Source: Podarcis erhardii
Taxonomy: Eukaryota
Strand: one strand, 5' to 3'
DNA length: 64,000 nt
Assembly (NCBI GenBank): GCA_964252035.1
Contig: OZ176204.1
Positions within the stretch are counted from its first letter, which is position 1. Each line of letters begins with the position of its first letter. The notes under the pieces are model-generated. The model saw nothing but the letters and a program-made list of their open reading frames with translations. It did not search any database and had not been told where the DNA came from. The translations under genes were made by a program, and so were the position numbers. Shown piece after piece: positions 50,401 to 63,247 of this stretch.

Positions 50401-53400
50401 AGATACAGGCCTACATTTGCCCCAGAAATCACCGATGTTTCAAACCAAAATAGCCAGTATTTGTTTAGATCCCAAACTTTCAAATACGTGTTTGTTAAGG
50501 ACAGGAAAAAATGGAAACAGAAATGTATCTAATGAGAAAATTAGCTAGACATTTAAAAAGCACACCAACGTATAATTTCACGTGTTTCATCTGAGGTAGG
50601 CCTGAACCTTGTTACCAGTACTTCACACACCTCTACTTGAAGGTGTGTCTCAGCCCTGGAATGTAATAAGCATATGATTCATGGGGCCATTTCTATCAGC
50701 TCAGGCTTATCTAAATAATCCTTCCAACGACCAATCAGATTACTCACAAGACATGGGCAAGTTTAACAAAAGAGGTTTCTTATCTGCGATCCCTGAAAAG
50801 CCTTCCAACTATACAAGGTAAATAGCTAAAACAGTCCCGTAATGACTCTTTCAGACTGCTGAGGGAACTCCAAAAGAGAAAGTAGGAAATAGGTACACAT
50901 ATATCAGGAACACAGGATGCATCATCAATAAAGATATCAATAGCTACAGAGTCATGGTGGCATCATAAGTGAGAGAGTGCTATTGCTACTGTGAGAACAG
51001 AATATCGGATGAGATGGGTCTTTAGGGGTGCGAGTCGGGTGTATGAAAAGTAGAAGTTTCAATAAACTTTCTCAACTTCATTTATCTTAGGATATAAGTC
51101 ATTTTAAATGACAGAACTTCAAATGAATCACAGGTGAGTGGGTGGCAAGTGCCAACACTTTTGTACCTGACAAGGCTCCTGTGCCTTTAACAGCTATATC
51201 ATGAGCAGAAATTAAGCAGATAAAGTTGTTCCAATTGATGCATCATACTGACTGGGGAAAGCTTTGTGTGCCGAATTTCTATTTGTCATGCAAACTGATC
51301 AATGCGCAGAACGCTGTCAGAAAAAGGTCACCCTCCTACATTTGAAATATTGTAAAGAAAGTTATCGTTTTGCAGAAACGCACCTCTTCCGATGCATTCC
51401 AGCACCACAAAACTCAATCCATTACACCACAAGCCTTAAGGGCAGTAAAACCTAAGGCTTACAATTCTATATGCAATCCTTATACCAAATCAAAGACCAT
51501 GTATCTTTCCACAAGCACATTTTTTAAACAAGGAACAGAGCTAAATTAACACACAAGCCGGCTGTCTAAAGTGTCAACAATTAGTACACACAAATGGAAG
51601 TAGGAAATGCCAAAATAGCTGGACTTCACTGAAGGGGGAGGAGGCCAATGCAACTCTAGGTTCATCAAAAATAAGGAAAGCTAATGACGAGTAAGCAGCT
51701 CAAAACATGCCTGCCCTCTTTCACCCCATTCCCCCTCTCCCCGTCTCTTGTACATACCCAAAGAGACAATGGTTGATCAGGAGTGAATCACAGAGGGGGA
51801 CACAGAGAGAGGGAGAAATGAATCTGAACCCTTTATCTTCTGTCCTTTATAAAAACTGCCACTCAGTTAGCAGAGATTGCTCTAATTGCTGTGACAATTC
51901 TGCAACCATTCCAACGACTTGTGTGTTCTGGACAGGTTTCCCTGCAAGTTTGAAATTCTTGGCCTGTGAACCACTCTGGTCTAAAAGAGGTTTCCCTTTG
52001 GAGCACAGAATGCTACATTAACCACTTGTCCCTCTTTTGAGCTCCCTTTATTCTACTCTTTTCCAATTGCCAGATTTAAACCTTAATGAAAACTTGCCCA
52101 GCCTTTTCTTTCCATAAACCCCATAGAGTCCCTGGTCAATTGGAACACATTGTAACCAAGGAATTTCATATTGTCCCGTTTATACTGAATAGCACCTGAT
52201 AACTAAAGTATATGTATCAAAAGTATAAACATAATACAAATACTCTTTATGTTTATTAATGAAACTGATGTGTTGTAACTTATCACTTCACATATTTCTT
52301 TGAGCATCACAGAAATGTTTTGAGAGCAATGAAATTAGACACCAGAAGAATTTTTAAAAGTGAGTAAATTTGAACTAAAATGCAAAAATGTATTTCATTA
52401 TGCATGGGTACACCCACACATTGAAGCTACTTGCGCTATTGGGTGATCTACAGGTAATGCAGAGATGCAAGCGAATATTCTCAGTGGGGGCAGTGTTTCT
52501 CTTTATGTTGCTTTCTGATTATTGCAAAGCGGGAAAGGGGGGTGGGATGTTACTGATGAGTCCCTCAGACACAATTTATCCAGTAACTGAGAAGCAGAGA
52601 AGCATATTTTTAAAAGATGCCTTTATACTTAGTTATACATCTCTCAAGGTGAAGAGAAGACAGACAAAAGGACTTAATATTTTTAAACATTTTACATCTA
52701 TGCAAGGCACAATAAGACATACATCTTTTCTAAAAAGGTGTGGCAAGGGGGGAAAATACATATAAAAAAACAACAACTAGCCAGCGGGCTGCCATCATAT
52801 TCTTTTGATATTTCATTCAAGGTCATATCCTCTCATGAGAATGCTTGTACCACTGAATATTAATTTATATACATAATATATACTCTGCAGCGATTTGTCA
52901 ACACTAATGCAACCATCTCTGAATGGAATTATCCACACAACCAGCTCTCTACAAGAAATGTATCATTTGTTTTAATTTGATCAGTTGGAAAATGCTGTAG
53001 CTTCAGCCTCTTAATGTAAGGACATCACTAAAACTGTGTTAAATCTTAAATGCAAGCTGAACCAACTTAAGAAATCATGTCTGTGACTGACAGAAAGCTA
53101 GGAAACTATTAATCTTGGTAAATTTCACCAGCTCAATAGCTCCTTTAACAACCCATGCCTACCATTTGTTTCTGTTGACCAAATGTATATTTTGGCAAAT
53201 TCAGAATAGCTATTTTTACAAGAAGAAAATAAACTATCAGCTACATTTTATACCCTACTTGGACCACTATAATCAAACTGACAACAAAGCATTGTTCAGG
53301 GCTACATGAACCAAACTTGCAGCCATGTGCTCCCACCTTCTCCTATATACTCAATTGACTAACTAACTTTCTGCAAAATAGTAAGCAAAAATGGACACTT

Positions 53401-53814
53401 ATCACACAAGCTGAATAAGACAACAGTTCCAAATTCTAGTTTCAAGTCTTTTTTTTTCAGATTGCAAGTGCAACTGGTTTGGATGCAGCAGCAAACAATG
53501 GTTTTTGTCAAAGTGGTATTAACACATAGCAATGAGCCCCCATAACACATAGAAGGTGAATTGGGGGCATTTTGCTGATCCCACCCCTGATGTCAACATT
53601 TTGGGCATGGACATCTGATAAGGAAAGCATTTGTGTGCAACATTATGTACCTGAACCTCTGGATGATCTGAAACCCCAATCTAGACTACAAGCAAAGAGC
53701 TATATGTATAAGGATGTTGATTTTTCATATGCCCCTATTCAATATGTAGCAGCCAAGCTGGGGCCCTGCTTCCCCTTCTATGCTTAGAACCCTCATACAG
53801 CTGAGGGTTACAGA

Positions 53815-54009
53815 GGGTTTAGCCATAGGTCAGTGGTAGAACATCTACATTGCATGCAGAAGATCGCAGGTTCAATCCCCAGAAACTCCAGATAGGGCTG
53901 GGGGAGAATCCTTTCTCAAATCCTGGAGAGCCACTGTCAGTGACTGCAGACAATATTGAGCCAGATGGAACAATGGTCTGACTCAATAAAAAGGCAGTTT
54001 ATGTGCCTA
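53815..54009 (+). mobile_element. Full-length tRNA-derived SINE (Squam3-like)
   Basis: A box TAGGTCAGTGGTAGA, B box GGTTCAATCCC (53869-53879), body CCTGGAGAGCCACTGTCAG...CAATGGTCTGACTCA, short tail. Confidence 0.85.
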
Positions 54010-55324
54010 AAACACACGACAAGAGTGGAAGGAGGAGGGAAAGTGCTTAGGCACTGGGCTCACTGCTGTAGCACCAATCCACAAATCAAACACAGGAGAT
54101 TTCGCTAATATCAGTGACATCAGGTTGACAAATACAATGGGATGCAAGAAAGAAGACAAATGCTAGCTGGGCAGCCAGCATGTGAATGTGCACATTCAGT
54201 TTCACATGAATACGGATCCAAAGGTAAAATCAGTTAGTTCCCATTAGTGTTTTGCACCATTTAACCAGTAGATCTAGAAATCAGACTTGGAGCTCAAACC
54301 ACTTGTACATTTTTTTTTTTAAGTCTTGTCAAGCTATGGTTGTAGCAAACCATTAAGGGGATGTGGGAAATCCAAAAGAGAAAGGGGAGGAGATTAAATC
54401 ACAGCCCCTAGGTTGAAGACAAGCAAATGTGACATCTGGAAATAGTTAAGTCATCATTGGAGGGTACATGCAGTTAAGCCCAAGAGTAATTACTCATTGT
54501 GCTTGTAACTTGTTTACTTCAGGGAAGAATGTTTACATTTCCAAAGATAAACAAATACCATCAAGTAGAAGAGAAAACCAAAACTCAATTACCACTGAGA
54601 AAGGCAATGAGCAACAGTATCTGTGATTATGACCAGTCTGCTACCAGTGAAGATATTGCTACTTGTGCCCAGAAAAGTTGCCCTGATTTAAATTATCTGG
54701 ATATACCTTTCTAACTAACCAACACAAGGGGTGGAGGGAGAAACACTGGCGCTATTTGGCTGTGTAAATGGGGCCTAAATCAAGCTAACAAGTAGCTCTG
54801 GATAACTGAGATGCAAACAATGGGGTCATTGAGCATTTCAAACATGCTAAAAATGAAAGACATGGTCTTTATGCCTTCCTTATTCAAGCAGGAAGTCTCA
54901 GTGAAGTTGATGAGACTTCTGGGTGTGCAAGGAATGTAGAAACAGATCTCTTACAAACTGGTAGTATATTCTCTAAGAGAGACACAAACTTGTCTACATC
55001 TCTCGTTAAAGGTTTTGTTGCAGAAGCATTTTCGGTGCCCCTTCCCTTGTTATTTTACTTAGGCTGCCAGTGATAGTAGTGAACCAATTTCTACTAAATC
55101 CAATTGTTTCACGGTCCTGTGCAAGAAAGCCATTGTTTCTCGAGGATCAGCAGTGTTCATCAAGGCTAATAGTGCCCCTAACCTTGATTTAATTTATTTA
55201 AAGCTAAAACAAATGGCTAAAAACAAAACAACTGGCTAGTACTTCATAATTGGCCTAGCAAGTTAAAGCTCAGTTATCTTCTCAGTAAATATTTATACTG
55301 TCATTCTTTCCCATTCATTCTGCA

Positions 55325-55327
<3 letters not shown>

Positions 55328-55361
<34 letters not shown>
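55328..55361. repeat. (CA)17 microsatellite
   Basis: Direct reading. Confidence 0.97.
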
Positions 55362-55364
<3 letters not shown>

Positions 55365-58300
55365 TGTAGCCTACATCTGCAATTCATTGACTTTACAATT
55401 TACCACATGTTGAGATGGAGAGGTCTCAGCTCCATTTGAATCATTGCACAAATATGCAAGTGATTTATCGTTTTAAAACTGAAGACTGCAAAAGAACGAC
55501 TCCACTTTTCCTGCACATTACTCCTCCTGGCAGACCACAAACAATTACAGTTCGTACTAATTAAGCTCTGTAAAATGTGCTGTACCCTGTTAATGCCAAC
55601 CAGGCCCCCAAATTTCTCTTCCCCAAGCCAAAGTTTAGCTAGCAACTTAACTCATTCATGGCTGCCTGCTTGACTGTGTACAGCTTCAAGAATAATAAGG
55701 ATCAAGCTTTTGGAGTACTTGAACAAAAACACACAAAAGAACAGACCAAGTGCCAACCTGGAATTAAACAGGGAGTTGCAAATGAATGAATTCTCTTGGG
55801 AAACAGACAAACACCACTGTTGATAACCTGCTAAAAGGTCCTACCACATCACCTCTGTAATGTGGTGTTAAGGGATTCAGATTTATCCCTAGGGGCTAAT
55901 AAGTTACAGAACTCTACTGGTTAGGAAAATTCATAAAACATTATGTCCTAGGCTTCTTGAACATTTACTAGTGGAAAGTTGTTGGGGTTTTTTTTTAAAA
56001 AAAAAATACAATTTTATATTTTGCAGGGGGAAATGACTCAGTATTTTAAATGGAAGGGGGTAAAAACATATGGGAGAAAACCAATATATGTATTCTTCCC
56101 ATACTCCCTTTCCCAAATTAGTATCTCTAAGTTGAATGTAATAATGCACCTAACTAGACTGCTGAGGTGGGGGAATATATTCCTATGACTTATTTAAAAA
56201 CCCTGATTTATCCTTTGGCCTATTTTTATCATTTAGGGTTTGGCTTTTTTTTAAAAAAAAAGAAGCATCATCATATAGATTAAGAGAAAAGCACTCTTGC
56301 ATTTAAAAGCATTTAAACAATGCACTTGTTTAATACAGGGAGAACAAGAGAGGGGGCCCCTCAAGTGATGCTTCGCCTTGGCCCCAAAGACTTTCCTGAC
56401 ACATGAGCCAATCATTCCCTAGATGCCCAGCTTCCCCTTTAGCAGCTGATCTCAACAATATTTTTTTCAAGCACCCCCTACACACTAGCATTCTTCCTTA
56501 TTTGCTCCTGGCCTCTGGATTTTACCACATTCTTTCCCAGATACACTTTTTTTTCCTAATGTATTTTCTCTCCTGATCTGTCCCCTCTAGAAACCCAGAT
56601 TTTATTCAGTTCTCTAAAATAACGGGTGGGGAGGTAGGCACGTAATTTAAAACCAGACTTTGAAATGAAAAATGTATCATCTGTCTGCTATCTAGATATT
56701 CTTATTGAAGTGCCACTTTCTTGCTTTATTTCAAGAAAGAAAGACAGAGATCAATCATAAACATACATCTGTTAAATATAGCCTAATGTAACTTGTTTAT
56801 TAATTCAGGCATGGCAATTCTCCCCCCCTCTCAGCTACAACAAATATATTCAGGGTTATATCAGGTTTCTTTGAAAGTATTCTGGGAAATATTTTGCAGG
56901 GTTCCTGTCTAGATATCCTACACAAGACTGCGAGCACGTTGATAAAGAATGCAGGCTGTGCGAAAGGTTTGCTTAAGCCACTACACATTGCCCCTCAGTA
57001 TTTCAAGCATTAATTCTGAATCATAGGAAAAGGCCAGCCGTGCAGTTAGGAGAACAAACACCAAACTCCCACCAGCCCCCCCAAAACAATCTAAGCTTTT
57101 CATGGGTTTATTTCCCCAATTTCCCCATCTCTCATTGCTTATAATTAGTGAAAGAAACCTGACCCACTGCCAGTGTCTGTGGACCTTGGATATTATAAGG
57201 CCAGCGTGGCGTCAAATATCTTAACATTCATAAGTGTTATAGGCTGTAAATAAACCCTGTAGATTTATGACCCTTCGCTGCCTGCCAGCAAATGACTGTG
57301 GCACATTTCTTTCAGCAGACCTGTTGAGGTGCAAGTTTGCCTTTGGTTGTAAAATTAACCATTTCCTTCACAAACATGCCCAATTACGAGTCAGCGGGCA
57401 AGGCTCTGCCTGCATATTTGCCATAGCTCAGTACAAAGAGAATACACACACACATCACACACACAAAGGCTTGGGTGAGTACAAACTCTCTTACTATGCA
57501 AACAATCCAGCAGCTGCAGCTGCAGCAGTTAAAAAGTCTGGAGCAAGCAAGAAACAAAAAGTTCCCACAACAGGTAAGGTGTGGGAAGGAGAACATTCTA
57601 ATTCCACCTACATCCCTGAATGCACTTACAAAAACAGACATCCATGCCCTCTTATCTGCAAGGGCTCTTTTGTTGGAAACTAGATGCACTCTGACCCAAA
57701 GAGTGCATCCCTTCTTCATTTTATTGGGGCAGCATGCATGTTTCAAGAGCAACCACAAAGTGCCTCACAAATGTTTTCTCCCCTCAAATCCACCCCCCCC
57801 CCCCGCAAACAGTCACCTACTCCCCTGTTCAGGAAAGCATTTGCTAAATCCAGGTTGTCTCATGCTTAACAGCCAATAATCCAACTTCCACATAACTACC
57901 AGACAGCTGGAAATGGGGGGCCTTACAGTTTTAGTCATGGTGCAGTGTGGAAACACACAGATGCATGCAAAAAAAAAAAAAGGCAAAAAAACCCCCTACA
58001 GTTGTCCTTTCTCTATTCTGCTTTTTTTTTTTAAAAAAAGGGGAGGGTTAGCATTTTCTTATGAATCCATGAAAATTGGAACTTTCAAATCAAGAGCCAA
58101 ATCTTAGTATACTTATTTTAAAATACTACATCTTAGCATTGCCTCACAACAAAAGGCAATATTTGGGACCCTCACACAAAGAGATGCTGCAAATTTTGCC
58201 ATCAGAAGCGTCAAACTTTTACTTCTTTGAGCTCACAAGCTTGCATTCCACTTCCAAAGGAGGACTGGCTATTAAAATTCACTGATTCTCTCTCTGCAAC

Positions 58301-61300
58301 CTTAAAATCATGCTGGAGAAGTTTAAATGCCTTTTTTTAAAAAAAAAGAAGTTAACAAAGCTAATGCTAGTTGCTATGATATATTTCGCAAGCCACTTGC
58401 AAAGCAGAAACAGCGTTCTAACTGGACTAAGAAGTGAGAGGTTTTCAGACTCCCGTGCTTCATTTGATTGGTGTCAGAAGATCATCGCCTGAGAAAAGCT
58501 TGTTTCTACACAGTTGGGGGGGGGACTTCATTGTTGTTTTAAAGCCATCAAGAAGGTGAATGGTACAATTCAATGAATAGCTTATCTCTGCCATGAAGCG
58601 CAAACAGGCTGACATATGAAAACTGTATGTACCTTGTGAACATCCAACTAGTTTAACACCATAACCCTTATTTCAAAAATCAACTAAGCCCTCAACCTTA
58701 AAGATTAGTCAGGAATCAAACCATCACATTGGAAGCAGAAATCTTAACCGTGCAGAGCAATAAATATTTCTAAGGAAGATGAAAAAACAAATTAGCATAA
58801 ATACCAAAGAAGGGCAGGAACACCTGTTCTTTGTTTTTCAGCATGATAAGCATTCCATTGTTCTCTATTTAAAATGTAATGACCTGTGTAATTACAGTAA
58901 TATTACATTGTATTGCAGGGGCTCCAAATGTCACACTTTTGAAAAGTGTTGTCAAAACAATTCAAGACAGAGGAAACAAGGGGGGGGGGGGAGAATACCA
59001 TTAACTCTTCGTGCACCAGGATCTACATTCTTGTGCAGAAGATTATGTACTTCAGGAAATAAAAGGGAGAAAATACATTTTCCAATGCATTATTTTAAAA
59101 TATTTCCATTAATGGGCATTTACCAGATCACAAGCCATATCACTTCCATATTTTCCTACACTAATCATTTTAGATTCAGGTTGAAATGAAAGATGAGCAC
59201 TGTGAAAGAACTCAGCACCGTGAGACAAATCTCCCCCACAAAAAGCAAATTAACAGTATGTTCATAACCAGAATTACATCTAACTACTTAATTGTTCTTC
59301 TATTAAATTCTATTGCAACCACTACCACATTGCCTACACAAGTGTATTCTTTAATTCATTATTTCATTTCTAACAGAGCTCTCCTTACTGCATATTGGTC
59401 CTCTTCAGAGCCAGGCACATTACTTTAGCAAAAGCAAAATTAGCATTATGTAGAATAATCTTTTGTCATTTTAAAATAAAATTGTTGCTAACAAGCTTTA
59501 TGGACTCTTTGGCAATTAAAGCAATATTCCTAAAGTAATGTATTATTCATCATAAGCAGATTTAACGATACTTCATAATTCTTTACATTTCTTAAAGCAG
59601 AAAATTGGAAATCAGTGTTCAGCTTATGTATTTCTAAGAACTGAAGGTTGCATATGAGAACAACAAATATTCCTCTAAATAAAAATAAAAAAACCTAAAC
59701 CAAAAAGGAGGAAACAATATTGCAAAACAACTTGTTTAACCTTCAGTAAAAAATATGGTTCATGAGCTCATAATCCTGTGTGATAATTCTACCTATGTGT
59801 AAGACTCAATATTATTTATTTACTTACACCTTTGAGTTAAAAAGAACAGCCAAATTACAGGAATACACCTTGAACAGTATAAAATGAATAAATCCTTTGT
59901 AATATTTAATCATCCTGGTTTGTACCATAAACGAATAATGGGTTCTCTTTAAACCATAATTTATCTTGCTTTCACAAATGTAAACTCTACAAATCATTGG
60001 GAATAGAAGAAAGGGCCCAAAATATGCTGTTGGCTTATGTGCAAATTGCCTACTGAATATGGAAAATGTCTTTTGAATCCATATGATGCTAAGGAACAAG
60101 GTCACCTGTTATATCAATAAAATAATATATTTTTATACAATGAAATGAATTCACTGTAACAGTGTGTTGTTATTAGAAAGAGAATGTTTAAATATGGCCA
60201 AGAAGAATTTTCTCCATTAACTAATAACTACTCTGGGGCCCTGATCAAACATCTATTCAAAATCTCGATACAAATAGTTCCCACTCATTTCAAAAGGTAA
60301 TGGACTGCATCAATATTAAATCCTAAGTGCTTCTAGACAAAGATGTAAATAAATATAAAATTCTTTTTTTTCCAGGGGAATTTTTTCCCCTAATGCTCAT
60401 CAGCCCCACTAATTTAAATTTGCAAAATTATTTCTATTTTGAACAGAAACCACTCTGAGGAATAATTTTAAAAGGTTATGCTTTCATAGTACATAATTAA
60501 AATAACCACAAAACAAACACTCTATGCCTACCAACATATAAGATGTTTTACCTGTCCCATCACCTCTCCAATTACAAAATCCAGTCACCTTTCTTTTCCA
60601 TTATGCTAAAACTGCGGTTACAAAAATGTCTCCTTGCTATGACCATAGCCCCAAAATAAAAGTAAATTATAAAATATCTTGACTGGGTTAACCTCATCCT
60701 TGAAAACATTTAAAAATACACAAGTAAACACTATTTTGTCATCTTTCCCCCTGTAATTTGTAATCTGAATTTGGACTTTAAGTAAAAACAAGCCTGATCT
60801 GACATTTTAAAAACAATTGTAGACTGGACACATTGAAAACATCCCATAGTCTAGAAACAGATTCAGCAGCTACCTAACAGTGGAACTTGTATTTCAAATA
60901 GCTGCCTCAAATGACCAAGTTAAAAGAAAAGAAGTGAGAATTCAAACAGTAGTTTGGAGGAGAGAGAATTAAGTGGATAGGTTGGGAAAGAATCACTTCA
61001 GTTAAAAGATGCAATAGAAAATGAGATAACAAATAAAATGTATACAAATCCTGCATTCCCTAGGGGAACTGGCTTTTTTTTAAAAAAAAAAAGTTGTATT
61101 TGAAACAATGTTAATGAAGATTGTATTATGGTTGGGCAGAGGAAGTAGAGCTGGCATAAATCCACGAGGATGTGTGAGGAGGGCAGTGACCAACACCTCA
61201 CACCTCCCAAAAGTTTTAACAAAACCAGTCTGAGGGCTACAAGAAACTTATTCCCTCCATTCATACTGCCACACCTTCGGGTCCTCCTGTCACACCAAAA

Positions 61301-61495
61301 GGTCTTAAAGTACACATATTCTTCCAGATGAGCCCAGTTGTTTTGGAATACAAATATATATTCCTTTCAAGTGAAGGCTTGTTTCTTTATATAATGCTTT
61401 TAACTTTTGTTTGTTAATGGGAAGGCAGTGTCTGTTTGCAGGATTGCATTTGCCTTTTCTATACTATGTCCTGACTCTGCTGAGCCAAGCACAAC

Positions 61496-61498
<3 letters not shown>

Positions 61499-61543
<45 letters not shown>
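61499..61543. repeat. (AT)22 microsatellite
   Basis: Direct reading. Confidence 0.97.
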
Positions 61544-61544
<1 letters not shown>

Positions 61545-62425
61545 CTTCGATATTTTCTTCCCAACACAATAAACATGGGGGCCACATCCACTATCTTCTT
61601 ATGGAAGCCATACATGTGATCTATTTAAATGGAAGCTGGTGACTTTAAGGAAAGCCAGTGTGCCAAGGAATGAAAATAAAAATTTCTCGCCCCTTCCAAA
61701 AGAAAGATGCCAAAAAATTCTTACACAGAATAGAAGGAAGAGAAAACTGGGGATGGGGGAGAAAGCTGTCTATAGTTAACTGCCACCCTTTAAATCTTTT
61801 AAACACAAAGAGTCCTAAAGTTTTTTAAACAAAAACAAAACCCGGATAAGATTTTACACCAATTAATCACTCGATGGCAACGCTGCCAGTAAATTAGTAA
61901 CTCGGGAAGGTTTCAGCAAGCGAGCAAAGGGTTAAAAGGGGGAGGCAAGGAAAGGGGGAGGGGAGAGAAAGGAAACCCAGTCGCCACTCGAGAGCGGAGA
62001 AGGAAAACAGAGCGCGATAGGAATCGCAAAAAGAGTTTTGTGGGAAGGAGAGCGGAGGAGGCTCGCTTGCTGGGCGCGGGGGGGGGGGATTCAAAAGCGG
62101 GAGCTGGGACTCCGGGTGCCCTTCGCCCTGCCAAGTCCCAGGCCGAAGCCCCGAAGCCCCAAAACTGAAAGTAAAGGAATCAACATGGCGAAGTGTAAAC
62201 AGCCCCTTTCTCTGCCCTCCCCCCGCCCCCTCGGCGCGCAGGCAGCGGAAGGCGCAAAAGTTTTGGAAAGTTTCAGGCAGCGCCGCGGCGGCCGGGAGCG
62301 GAGGGGGCGGGCGGCACAGGCGGCAGGGGGACCTGGGCGGGTGGGGGACGCAAATGCGCGGAAAACACAGCTCGCATTTCCAGATATATACTGTATCTCT
62401 GTACATATGCACACGTTCGACTTAC

Positions 62426-62550
62426 CGTTCTTGCCGTGGGCGAGAGGGAGCCATTGGGAAGGTAGGGGCCGGTCAGGTCGGGGATCATTATAAAGGGATA
62501 CCCAGGATATGGTGGGCCCTTGAACAACCCTCCATCTTGCCTTTTCGCAG
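62426..62550 (-). CDS. TCF7L2: TCF7L2 coding exon 3 (125 bp)
   Basis: gttag|CT acceptor at 62551; encodes (A)[41 protein letters not shown]; donor ACG|GTAAGT at 62425. Intron 2 = 227 bp. Confidence 0.98.
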
Positions 62551-62777
62551 CTAACATGGCGGGGGAACGAGGCACAAGGAGAGAGAAAACAGAAAGCAGG
62601 GGGGAAATCACGGTTAGAAAAAGTGCTTCGCGAAACTTGGAAGAGCATTTCTTTGCGCAAACGGAGAGCACGGTTTTGGGGGTGCTCCAGCTCCGCGCGC
62701 TCTCCCCCCCCCTCCACCACCCTGGAAAGGGGAAGGGGAAGGGGGTGGGTGGGATGGAGCCATCAAGCACAACTTAC

Positions 62778-62844
62778 CTTCCTCTAAACTTTCTCTGGAT
62801 TTATCTCTGAAACTTTCGGACCTAGGCGGGGGCCGCCTCTCCGC
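62778..62844 (-). CDS. TCF7L2: TCF7L2 coding exon 2 (67 bp)
   Basis: ccaag|GCG acceptor at 62845; encodes AERRPPPRSESFRDKSRESLEE plus the first base of Ala; donor AAG|GTAAGT at 62777; continues the exon 1 frame. Intron 1 = 403 bp. Confidence 0.97.
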
Positions 62845-63247
62845 CTTGGATCAAAAGAGGGTGGAAAATAGCCAAAAAATAAAATAAAAGGGCACCGGGA
62901 GAGTAGATGAATGAGGCAGTTTGGGGAAATAAAAGAAGGAAGGAGGAGAGAGAAAAAGAGAAGGGGGAGAGAACAAGTTAGAAGTTTGTGCAAAACTTGA
63001 TACGGAAAATACAGAGATAACTGAACCCACCAGAGAAGCAACAGGGCAGTCGCCGACCATACTATAAGAAACAGAGTTGCAACTCCGGGCGAAAGCTCAG
63101 TTCCCCCACCCCCTCCATGGCATTTTTCTCTCTTCTCCCCACCCCCACCCCCAACTTCTTGCATCCCGTCTCCCCGGGAACCCCCAAGGTGGAGTAAGGC
63201 AGGTGTGCTGCAAAGAGCGGCGGCGGGGCGAGGGGGGGTCTCCTTAC

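Larger units (their letters stand above)
1..62425 (-). other. TCF7L2: TCF7L2 intron 3 (or introns 3+4 if an unrecognised cassette exon is present); over 62 kb, continues beyond the window
   Basis: Follows the exon 3 donor; no downstream TCF7L2 coding sequence (e.g. YLQMKWPLL) seen; a very large intron here is typical of vertebrate TCF7L2. Confidence 0.85.

Noticed and set aside
51330-51385. Minus-strand CAAAACGAT...GTAGGA resembling the end of human exon 4
   Set aside because: Only a 9-mer plus a donor-like hexamer; wrong spacing and no similar peptide.
53815-53885. tRNA gene (also the heads at 15105, 27400 and 34220)
   Set aside because: A/B boxes continue into SINE bodies and tails and lack a proper acceptor stem; these are SINE heads.
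61894-62810. Long overlapping ORFs on both strands in the CpG island (e.g. 62038-62493 +, 62091-62720 -)
   Set aside because: Stop-poor GC-rich sequence; only the exon 3 segment matches a known protein.
63062-63247. Read-through extension of the exon 1 ORF (VRRPPLAPP...)
   Set aside because: Intron 1 sequence past a canonical donor; exon 2 continues the true frame.
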